From: Bdellovibrionales bacterium
GTDB taxonomy: Bacteria; Bdellovibrionota; Bacteriovoracia; Bacteriovoracales; Bacteriovoracaceae
NCBI GenBank assembly: GCA_030638415.1
Contig: DAOWEO010000008.1
Span: 47 to 64,046 of the forward strand
DNA length: 64,000 nucleotides
Direction of reading: 5' to 3'
In this document: in pieces, positions 56,443 through 64,000 of the stretch
Layout: each line of letters opens with the position of its first letter
Numbering within the stretch: position 1 is the stretch's first letter
The notes under the pieces: generated by a model
Database searches by the model: none
Told to the model about the DNA's origin: nothing
Seen by the model: only the letters and a program-made list of their open reading frames with translations
Program-made: the position numbers and the translations under genes

Positions 56443-59126
56443 TGATGGTTCTCTTGAATCTCTAAAAAGATCTCTTCAACAGGGTGGTCTACTTTTAAAA
56501 TCCAGCTGCGATGGTGTTTTATTTCAAAGGGAGAGGCAAGCTCTTTTTCATTAAAAATATTTTTTATTTTTAAGTTTTTAGTTTTTTTTGATTCAATCTT
56601 TATTGTACGGGTCTCAGAGCTAAGGTTGTGGATAATAATGATAGGTTCTGTATTATGAGATAGGGTATATGCCAAAAGGGATGGCTCTTGTACGAATTCT
56701 AGAATAGAGTGGTAGTCTTCCACTGCTAGGTTTATTGTTACTTCATAGTTTTCATCTAAAGTGTATAAGGAAATCAGATTGAATCCTAATGGTGAGTAAG
56801 CACTGTGCAGATAGTTCCATTCTCCCGCTGTTTTAACTAATTTAATTTGCAGGTCATTGTCAAAACCCCACATGGTAGTGTTGAATTGCTCAATTTGCTT
56901 TTTACTGAATTCAATTGTGCTATTACCTTGAGCATCAAACTCGATAAGGTGGGGGTTATTCTCAGGGTTTCCATTTTGAGTAGAAAAGATTTCTCCAATT
57001 AGATAGAGCTTTTTTAGAGCGGGGCCACCGGTAAAGTTTATTATTAACTTTGGAAGTTGAGAAAAAGAGGTGGCAGCATTCCTGGCAATAGGAGGGGTCT
57101 TTTCAATAAATTTAATATTATCTTTGATCTCCTGTGCATTGTTAAATCTTGTTACATTGAGTTTTCGACGTAACTTAATGAGTGACTTTAATCGTGAAAA
57201 AAGTTTGGGGAACTGATTTTTATTTTCCCAACGGATCATATTAGTCCAATCTCCAGAGCAATATGAGTTTTCGTGAAAAAATTGATCTTGGTTTTCACTT
57301 AATAGTAGCTGAGAGGAATGTGCTCGGTAAGGGGTGGGGTCGTTAGCAGACATGGGCTTGCTTCTTCCAAACTCCACTCCTCCGTGCAGAACAATTCTCC
57401 CTTGAGAGCTAAATAATAGTGAAAGAGCTCGTCGGACACTTCTCTCTTTTTGCTTGCTATCTCCAGCAACGGTAAGATTTATTTTATCCCAAAGGGTGAA
57501 ACCATCATGAACATCTAAAAAATTAATTGTATTGACCGGATCATCGGCAAAATAATTGTACGAGTCGTTTCCTAAAATGACATCTATACGTCCATCTCCA
57601 TTATAGTCATGGGGATAGTTCTTTATTCCACCTAAAATGGCTGATTTTGCTTTCAGATTTTCATTTAAATTTCCTTGAACAATTCCATGGTGATCTAAGT
57701 GTCCAATAAAAGCATCTCGGCATGAATCATTAAAAATTCCTAATCCAATATCTTTGGGGTAGTTATTTTTTGTTATTGCCTGTGCCAAAGGAATATCGGT
57801 GAAATTCCATCCTTCTCCATACAAAATTACATCACTACCTAACTCTTTTCTAATTTCTATCATGGTGTCATGGTCCATGAAGCTCATGAGATCAAAGCGA
57901 AATCCATTAATATTAAACATGCGAGTAAAATATTTTAGAGAGTCGATAACTAGTTTTCGAACCATGAAAATTCGTGATTCTACTGAAGCGCCTGCACCGG
58001 TACCATAAGAAATATCTCCCCAGCTATTTCGACGTAGATAGCATCCTGGAGCGACACATTCTAGAGTTTTTTCATCATAGATATGGTTATAGACAACATC
58101 CATAATTACACCAACATTGTGAAGGTGTAGGTTTTTAACCATGGAGTGAAATTCAATTATTCTATTCGTGGGATCTTCTGGTGTAGTTGAATACCATCCC
58201 TCTAGAGTGAAGTAGTGAAGTGGGTCATATCCCCAATTATAGTTTAGGTCTTCTTTTAGACAATTTTGATCTTGATACTCTTGTCTGGTTTCATCAACGG
58301 AGTGAAACTTTTGGACAGGCATGAGCTGAACATGTGTGATACCAAGATCTTGTAGATAAGGAGCTAGCTTGGAAAAGCCAGCATAAGTTCCCTTAAGCTC
58401 CTGTGCAATGGGTGCATCTGGTGAGATGGTAAAGTCTCTAATGTGAGCTTCATAACCAATAAATTCTAAGGGAGAACTTAGAAGATCACTATTTTTTTTA
58501 GCTTCTGTAGCTGTTTTAATAAATTTTTCAAAATCAATAACAACACTTTTTGGATGAGGGGATTTTTTTGTCACTGGGGTAAGAGATTTTGCATATGGAT
58601 CAATTACTGTATTAGTAACTTCCATACTGGTGATTTCATAGTGATAAAGTAATTTATGAAAAGTACTGAGTGGAAAATCTTTTAGTTGAATGTTGGTTTC
58701 CCAGATCCCTTGTTGACTCTTAGTCAGACTGTACTGATAAATATATTGTTGGGTTACTGGATGAAATAGAGTCACCTTAACCATACTGGCAGTTGGACTC
58801 CATAGACCGAAACTCAATTTATCTGGAGTAACTATTGCGCCTAAAGGCTGCTGAACGAAGTAGTGTTTATTTAGTAACTCTTTTGTAGGATATAGGTAGA
58901 AGCGTTTTTGTCGGTGCAGAAAATATATATTTTCAGATAGATTAATAGAATATGGTGTTGATATTGATAGGTGAAAAAAGTCATCATTATATTCATGCTT
59001 AATGGTAAATGGAATTGTATTACCTTTTAAGTCTAATAGTAGCAGATCAATTGGCCTAGAGTTCCCATTAATAACTAAATCAATGGTGTTAATATCTGTG
59101 AGCCAAGCAAATTGAATAGTACTCAT
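56439..59126 (-). CDS. GH13 pullulanase-type alpha-1,6-glucosidase
   Basis: GH13 regions GVIMDVVYNH, NGFRFDLMSF, YGEGWNF and FLDVHDG; YNWGYDP motif typical of type I pullulanases. Confidence 0.88.
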   Translation of the reverse strand: MSTIQFAWLTDINTIDLVINGNSRPIDLLLLDLKGNTIPFTIKHEYNDDFFHLSISTPYSINLSENIYFLHRQKRFYLYPTKELLNKHYFVQQPLGAIVTPDKLSFGLWSPTASMVKVTLFHPVTQQYIYQYSLTKSQQGIWETNIQLKDFPLSTFHKLLYHYEITSMEVTNTVIDPYAKSLTPVTKKSPHPKSVVIDFEKFIKTATEAKKNSDLLSSPLEFIGYEAHIRDFTISPDAPIAQELKGTYAGFSKLAPYLQDLGITHVQLMPVQKFHSVDETRQEYQDQNCLKEDLNYNWGYDPLHYFTLEGWYSTTPEDPTNRIIEFHSMVKNLHLHNVGVIMDVVYNHIYDEKTLECVAPGCYLRRNSWGDISYGTGAGASVESRIFMVRKLVIDSLKYFTRMFNINGFRFDLMSFMDHDTMIEIRKELGSDVILYGEGWNFTDIPLAQAITKNNYPKDIGLGIFNDSCRDAFIGHLDHHGIVQGNLNENLKAKSAILGGIKNYPHDYNGDGRIDVILGNDSYNYFADDPVNTINFLDVHDGFTLWDKINLTVAGDSKQKERSVRRALSLLFSSQGRIVLHGGVEFGRSKPMSANDPTPYRAHSSQLLLSENQDQFFHENSYCSGDWTNMIRWENKNQFPKLFSRLKSLIKLRRKLNVTRFNNAQEIKDNIKFIEKTPPIARNAATSFSQLPKLIINFTGGPALKKLYLIGEIFSTQNGNPENNPHLIEFDAQGNSTIEFSKKQIEQFNTTMWGFDNDLQIKLVKTAGEWNYLHSAYSPLGFNLISLYTLDENYEVTINLAVEDYHSILEFVQEPSLLAYTLSHNTEPIIIIHNLSSETRTIKIESKKTKNLKIKNIFNEKELASPFEIKHHRSWILKVDHPVEEIFLEIQENHQ

Positions 59127-59214
59127 ATAATCCCTGTTTTAAAGCTTATTCTATCTTAAACGGGAGAGCGTTTTGGAGCAATGTTTTTAAGATGACGCAC
59201 TGCTCACGCGAGAT

Positions 59215-59244
59215 TTGACTAAATAGCTTTATTTTTTCTATTAT
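59215..59244 (+). promoter_or_regulatory. Candidate sigma-70 promoter giving a leaderless transcript
   Basis: TTGACT, 18-nt spacer, TATTAT. The -10 element ends 6 nt before ATG 59251, and there is no SD. Confidence 0.4.
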
Positions 59245-59250
59245 ATCCAA

Positions 59251-59640
59251 ATGATAAAAAAGATTATTTGCTTACTAACGCTAATTACCATTTCCTACTC
59301 ATGCTCACATCCAAAGCAGAAGTTGGATCAGAGCAGAGTTCACTACCTGCAACACTTAAGATCATCTCAAGTAACGATGTCTAAAAGACAGTTTACAGTT
59401 TTTTTGGAAAGTGAACTGCGCAAAAAACAAGGTGAGCTTAACGCTCTTGAGGGAATGAGACAAAATGAAGAGACCATGTTGTCTACCGATGAGCAGAGGG
59501 CCAGGGAGCTTGGCTCAGAACAAAGTGTTTTCTTTTTAGGTAAAAAGAGTAGGAAAATGTCTTTAAGAGATATTCATATGCGTTCAGATAGCGTGCAGCG
59601 CTCTATTTTTGATATTAGGGCCTTACTTTCGGAGCAATAA
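59251..59640 (+). CDS. Lipoprotein, unknown function
   Basis: MIKKIICLLTLITISYSCSH has lipobox SYS|C. Confidence 0.6.
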   Translation: MIKKIICLLTLITISYSCSHPKQKLDQSRVHYLQHLRSSQVTMSKRQFTVFLESELRKKQGELNALEGMRQNEETMLSTDEQRARELGSEQSVFFLGKKSRKMSLRDIHMRSDSVQRSIFDIRALLSEQ

Positions 59641-60939
59641 ATGAAGATTTTTAGTTTTTTATTTATGTTTTTAGCAACATCTCTATTTGCATCAGACAAT
59701 TTTGTGTTTTTGGGACTGGATGATTTTTCTATGAGCAGAGAGAGCATCAAATTTCCCCTTATTGGTACCGTTGCAGCTAATAAAGTTGTTTTTTTATACG
59801 ATGATCAAAATATTGAAATTAATGGTAGTGACCATCAGTTGTATATTGCAGATGTTTTTTTAACTGATAGTCGCTTGGTTTTTAACAATGATTTTTTGAA
59901 ATTCTCTACGCCCCTAGATAGTACAAACCCATTGTATATGCTTGATTCAATTAAAGCTAAAGATTGTGATATTGAGATCAACACCAAAGGTGCGCTGATT
60001 GATTCTGTATATCTTGATTTTAGTTTGAAAGATGTATTAATTAAAATAAAAAATGCACAGCTTGATTGCAAATCAGATATTGGTTTCACCATGGATGTAG
60101 ATGAGATATGTCTAAAAGATTCGACAATTAAAAAATTAGGAGAGGATAAAGCAGTAGTTGAGATCAGCAGTCTTAACCAAGAGAAACCAGCTTCCGTAAA
60201 AATTGATTTAAATAAGATAACTGTTGAGCCTCACTCTATTTCAGCAATTGCGACACAGATTATAGGGAAGTTTAATGGAGCGACTTTTACGTTAAATGAA
60301 GGATTTTTAACTTGTTCAAAAATCCATGAGAGATCCCTTGATCTGGAATCATTTTTTAAAGGTTGCCTGGTTAGTGCAAAAAGTAAGGCACGAGTGTTGC
60401 ATTTTAAGAGTAAGTATTATGATGTTGAAGTTGAAGAGGCACAGTTAGAAATTGGTGAAGATTTTTATCATCTAGATGCTGCATACTCAAACTTTGAAAC
60501 AGGATCTCAGCGGACACGTGCTTCAAAATTTAGATTAGATTGCTTGAAATTACCAATGCCTAATGATGCAGTAGATAGCAATACTTTGTTAAAAGGATGT
60601 TTTGACAGAGGTTCACTATTTATTGGCCACCTTGACCCTGATAATACTAAGAACAAAAGTAAAGACATTATCGATACGGATAATTTAAAAGATATAAATC
60701 TTAATTTTGAAGATAATACATTTTCTCTGAGTGCAAAATCAAAAATTATTTTTCGCTTCTCTTTCAAGGCACATGGAACAACAGAGTGGAATGAGACGCG
60801 AGACGTTATTAAGTTTCACATTCAGAAGGCCAGCATGGCCAGCTTTCCTGCCACCAAGATGATGATGAGAATCTTAGCTAAATTTATTGGTTCAGAGCGT
60901 ATGTCTATTGAAGAGAATACTATAACAATTAAATTCTAG
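59641..60939 (+). CDS. Secreted protein, unknown function
   Basis: Signal peptide MKIFSFLFMFLATSLFA. Its ATG directly abuts the upstream stop. Confidence 0.55.
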   Translation: MKIFSFLFMFLATSLFASDNFVFLGLDDFSMSRESIKFPLIGTVAANKVVFLYDDQNIEINGSDHQLYIADVFLTDSRLVFNNDFLKFSTPLDSTNPLYMLDSIKAKDCDIEINTKGALIDSVYLDFSLKDVLIKIKNAQLDCKSDIGFTMDVDEICLKDSTIKKLGEDKAVVEISSLNQEKPASVKIDLNKITVEPHSISAIATQIIGKFNGATFTLNEGFLTCSKIHERSLDLESFFKGCLVSAKSKARVLHFKSKYYDVEVEEAQLEIGEDFYHLDAAYSNFETGSQRTRASKFRLDCLKLPMPNDAVDSNTLLKGCFDRGSLFIGHLDPDNTKNKSKDIIDTDNLKDINLNFEDNTFSLSAKSKIIFRFSFKAHGTTEWNETRDVIKFHIQKASMASFPATKMMMRILAKFIGSERMSIEENTITIKF

Positions 60940-61031
60940 GCTAAATACCTAATTTCAATAAGAATATAACAAATTTTGCCGTCTAAGTTGCTTGGCTCGC
61001 TTTCTATCTCATTCATACCGATATAGTAAGT

Positions 61032-61724
61032 ATGAAAGAGGTACTAACTCAGCTTACATTTTTTCCAACTCGCTACCTAGAAGGATTTTTTAGGCGCTTT
61101 GAAACACCTATAATATTAATACTATTTACTTTTTTACGTTTAAAGCGACCCCTGCGATGGGGTAAAGAGATCTATCCGTTAGATTTCAGTACTATTCGAG
61201 AATTGGTTCGTAACTCGCTATATAAAAAAGACCTTACACGTAAGGCAGAGGGCCCGGCTTTTTTCTTTGAGCAGTGGCAGTTGATAACTCCGGCTAATTG
61301 TAGAGAAGAAAAATTATTGTCACAATCTTTGAAGTTTTTTGTACCTCATGAGGTTTGTCAGATTGTGGTGAAAACGAAGTCAGGTGATATGTTTGAATCA
61401 TCAGTCTGTCATGGCCTATTTTTCTCATTTGGAGATAGCTCTAGAATAAATCGTATGATCATTAAAACATTGAGAACTAACGATATTGAGAAATCAGCGA
61501 TTAGTAAAATTGATATTATTCATACCCACCCCAGTATCGACTTTATTTTAGAGACAAATAAACAAGAGAGTTTTTTATATCTAAATGCACTAAGCAAAAG
61601 TGACCTAAATATGGCAGGGCATGTCTCAAAGCAGTGGAATAATCTAATTACAATAAAGGCAGTTACTCATTCTCAATTAAGTTTTGCAGCGACCTATTTT
61701 CAAGGTAAGATTCTAGACTATTAA
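61032..61724 (+). CDS. Hypothetical protein with weak JAMM/MPN-like HTHP...SxxD motif
   Basis: IDIIHTHPS...(20 aa)...LSKSD. The spacing is much longer than the canonical HxHx7Sx2D, so the assignment is tentative. Confidence 0.3.
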   Translation: MKEVLTQLTFFPTRYLEGFFRRFETPIILILFTFLRLKRPLRWGKEIYPLDFSTIRELVRNSLYKKDLTRKAEGPAFFFEQWQLITPANCREEKLLSQSLKFFVPHEVCQIVVKTKSGDMFESSVCHGLFFSFGDSSRINRMIIKTLRTNDIEKSAISKIDIIHTHPSIDFILETNKQESFLYLNALSKSDLNMAGHVSKQWNNLITIKAVTHSQLSFAATYFQGKILDY

Positions 61725-61743
61725 AAATTTTATGTGAGGAATA

Positions 61744-62403
61744 ATGAACCACAAAATAGAACTGATTAGTTTTAAGTTATGCCCTTTTGTTCACCGATCT
61801 CTTATTTTATTAAATGAAAAAGGTGCTGATTATAAAATTACCTATATTGATCTGGCTAATAAGCCAGAGTGGTTTTTGAAAATATCTCCACTTGGTAAGG
61901 TTCCCTTACTTAAAGTTAATGGAGAAGTGTTATTTGAGTCATCTGTTATAAATGAATTTTTGGATGAACTTATTTCACCATCACTTCATCCCACTGATAT
62001 TTTGATAAAGGCAAAGCAGCGAGCATGGGTTGAGTTTAGCTCTACACTGGTCTTTGATATGATTAACTGGGTAAAAACTAGTAATGCTGATGACTTTAAC
62101 AAGGCTAAACAGGTCTTTGAAAGTAAGTTACACATGATTGAACAAGAGCTGCAAGGAGCTTTTTTTGGCGAATGTTTTCAACTTGTAGACATTGCCTTTG
62201 CTCCTATTTTGGTTCGTTTATCTTTTATTGAAAACAATACTCCTGCAGTACTAGATGGATTTCCAAAAATTAAACAGTGGATGGAATCTGTAACGGTAAG
62301 ACAATCAGTGGATAAAAGTTTTGATCAAGAGCTAGAAAATCTTTTTATTAATCGCTTCAAGCAACAAGGTTCACTTCTTCTGGGTAGTGATAAAAAAGAT
62401 TAG
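61744..62403 (+). CDS. Glutathione S-transferase family protein
   Basis: Thioredoxin-like N-terminus (SFKLCPFVHRS, KVPLL...ESSVINEFLDE) and a helical C-terminal domain. Confidence 0.8.
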   Translation: MNHKIELISFKLCPFVHRSLILLNEKGADYKITYIDLANKPEWFLKISPLGKVPLLKVNGEVLFESSVINEFLDELISPSLHPTDILIKAKQRAWVEFSSTLVFDMINWVKTSNADDFNKAKQVFESKLHMIEQELQGAFFGECFQLVDIAFAPILVRLSFIENNTPAVLDGFPKIKQWMESVTVRQSVDKSFDQELENLFINRFKQQGSLLLGSDKKD

Positions 62404-62424
62404 ATCTCTTTTAGCTCAAATTTT

Positions 62425-62602
62425 GGTTCCGTTGCATTAACTTGATTCTTTTCTAAAATGAGCCAGGATAGCGTATCAATTTCAAATTCGAGGAGGGAAT
62501 TATGGATTTTAAACGCTAGCGGTTTCAGTCGGGTATTATATTAACCATTCAACTATCTATCGCTGGGTTTTAAAATTCAATCCTATAATTGAGAAAAAGT
62601 AA
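62425..62602 (+). mobile_element. IS6-family insertion sequence relic: terminal repeat-like end plus frameshifted 5' fragment of the transposase gene
   Basis: GGTTCCGTTGCATTAAC at 62425 resembles IS6-family ends (GGTTCTGTTGCAAAGT type, quoted from memory). ATG 62458 gives MSQDSVSISNSRRELWILNASGFSRVLY*. The next frame gives ..AVSVGYYINHSTIYRWVLKFNPIIEKK*, which matches the IS26/IS257 Tnp HTH region (..HSTIYRWVQ.YAP..). The remaining ~180 codons are missing. Confidence 0.5.
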
Positions 62603-62743
62603 AGGCCCTAGATCTGCACTTTTATGATAGAGACCCCCAGATGATTGTAAAAATTACATACATGATGTTTATTTGATGCTAAGCGTCAATGCGGGTGTTA
62701 TGATCTCAATGTTGAAAGAAATTAGTGTATCCATAAGGGGGAA

Positions 62744-63244
62744 ATGATGAAATTACCAAAGCTAACACAGGGACTGTTATTATCAGCAGCAATACTTGCT
62801 TCTATGTCAGTATCAGCAGGAATTTTCAGTACAAGAAGTTCATGGGAGCGACTAAAGGTCAGTGCTGTTTCTAAGTGTGAAGGCGTTGTTCTTGAAAGAC
62901 TTTTTTCCAACCCAGATAGAATAATTAGTCCAGATGAATTATCCCCAGAAGAGAGAAGGGACCCTGAAATTATAAATTTCTTAAAAAATGCTAAAACAGA
63001 CCCCATCACTGGAGGTCTTTATACTCTTTCAGCAGAGAATGGAGGTAGATCCGAAAGAAACAGGTTTGCGTGGACACACTTACGTGTTCATTTTATGGCA
63101 TATGGTCCACCTAAAGGAAACCAAATAAACTATCCTGTCGAATCAGTTTTCTACCGTTCAAATGGGTCTCTTGGTGTAATACAGTCTGTTACTTCTTTTG
63201 CGCGTAGAAATATATTCGGTGGAATAGAATGTATACCACTCTAA
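62744..63244 (+). CDS. Secreted protein, unknown function
   Basis: Signal peptide MMKLPKLTQGLLLSAAILASMSVSA; GGGGGAA lies upstream. Confidence 0.5.
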   Translation: MMKLPKLTQGLLLSAAILASMSVSAGIFSTRSSWERLKVSAVSKCEGVVLERLFSNPDRIISPDELSPEERRDPEIINFLKNAKTDPITGGLYTLSAENGGRSERNRFAWTHLRVHFMAYGPPKGNQINYPVESVFYRSNGSLGVIQSVTSFARRNIFGGIECIPL

Positions 63245-63274
63245 AGATCCGTACAGCAGAGTCTGCTACTGCAT

Positions 63275-63300
63275 AAGGTGTCATTTGCAAATGACGCCTT
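63275..63300. repeat. 12-bp-arm inverted repeat (core palindrome GTCATTTGCAAATGAC)
   Basis: AAGGTGTCATTT-GC-AAATGACGCCTT, 31 nt after the stop at 63244. No T-run follows, so it may be a terminator or a protein-binding site. Confidence 0.5.
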
Positions 63301-63619
63301 ACCTATGCCAGGGTGAATGCATGAAATTTGTTTTTCCCCACTCCTTTCTTATGCATCTCCACATATAGGAATGCTGTTCTTAATAATTACCTGCGCAACA
63401 AGTGATTCTAACTCATGTGGTTTCATATATAATGTCACCAAACCCAGATTCTTTTACATGGATATTTACAACAGCACTAAATTGGGAAGAGTCAGAAAAT
63501 ATGCAAAGGTATAAGTTTTCCTTAAAGCATTAAGGAGTTATAAGTTAATGCAATGGAAGCCAAATTTTGCCAAAATTTGGCAATTATTGTAGTGTACGCC
63601 TCTATCAAAGAGGAATGTA

Positions 63620-64000
63620 TGGATAAAATAGATAATGCTAAAGACAGTGAAAAGAGTACCCTTCCCCAAGAGGGGGCAGCAATTGAGATGCCTGATAACT
63701 TTACGATTCCAGATCCACAAAAACTCCAAGCTGAGCTAGAAGAGCTAGTTAAGAATAAATATGGTGATAAGGTAAAGATTGTCTCTCAGGAGCTTGGACC
63801 GATGCCAGGAGCTGGAGCTGAATCAAACCTTGAAGACGAGCAAAAGCAAAACGAGCGTTACCAGCAGGAGCTGGAGCAGAGTTTAGATTTCAACTTCTTA
63901 CCTAAAGAGATTGTGGAAGACCTTGATAAATATGTAATAAAACAAGAGCTGGCTAAAAAATCCTTATCGATTGCAATTTGTGATCATTACAACCATGTGA
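63620..64000 (+). CDS. ClpX/HslU-like AAA+ ATPase, 5' part only (runs off window), no N-terminal zinc-binding domain
   Basis: ATG 63620 with AGAGGA upstream. After an acidic Cys-free 95-aa N-terminus comes LPKEIVEDLDKYVIKQELAKKSLSIAICDHYNHV, which parallels ClpX (PKEI..LD.YVIGQ..AKK.LSVAVYNHY). Confidence 0.5.

Noticed and set aside
63317-63729. ORFs 63317-63514 (+) and 63538-63729 (-).
   Set aside because: No RBS, odd composition and no motifs. The minus ORF overlaps the better-supported ClpX-like start region.
1-64000. CRISPR arrays, rRNA genes, prophage or integrase genes, toxin-antitoxin pairs.
   Set aside because: Reading the intergenic regions, I saw no spaced direct-repeat arrays, no rRNA-like sequence, and no integrase or recombinase ORFs. 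The only mobile-element trace is the IS6-like relic.

Overview
AT-rich bacterial chromosomal segment. Gene content and protein sequences look Bdellovibrionota/Bacteriovoracaceae-like, but that is a low-confidence inference. Positions 1-14.6 kb hold the 3' end of tuf followed by a complete, canonically ordered S10-spc-alpha ribosomal protein supercluster (rpsJ to rplQ, including secY, adk, infA and rpoA). I added rpmD and rpmJ by hand because both fall below the 60-aa cutoff of the ORF track. The rest is a mix of housekeeping and accessory genes. Housekeeping: a sigma-54 activator, hflKC, nadCB and nadA with a NifS-like desulfurase, tRNA-His, prkA, pfkA, an acyl-CoA dehydrogenase, ahcY and a GH13 pullulanase. 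Accessory: many signal-peptide or lipoprotein ORFs of unknown function, an orphan parAB pair, a standalone ComM N-terminal domain and an IS6-family relic. The stand-out locus is 47.1-52.6 kb, a compact RiPP-like cassette whose domain combination I cannot assign to any characterised class. It contains an ABC-2 exporter, a small peptide frame, an HprK-like kinase, two PqqD (RRE) proteins, an anchorless ER-type (Ser-His) signal peptidase, an NTP_transf_5 nucleotidyltransferase and a radical SAM/SPASM enzyme. The only plausible precursor frame ends in Ser and has 2 Cys. As sequenced, it is split by an A9 homopolymer. No rRNA genes or CRISPR arrays were seen. All calls rest on reading translations and motifs by eye; no searches were run.
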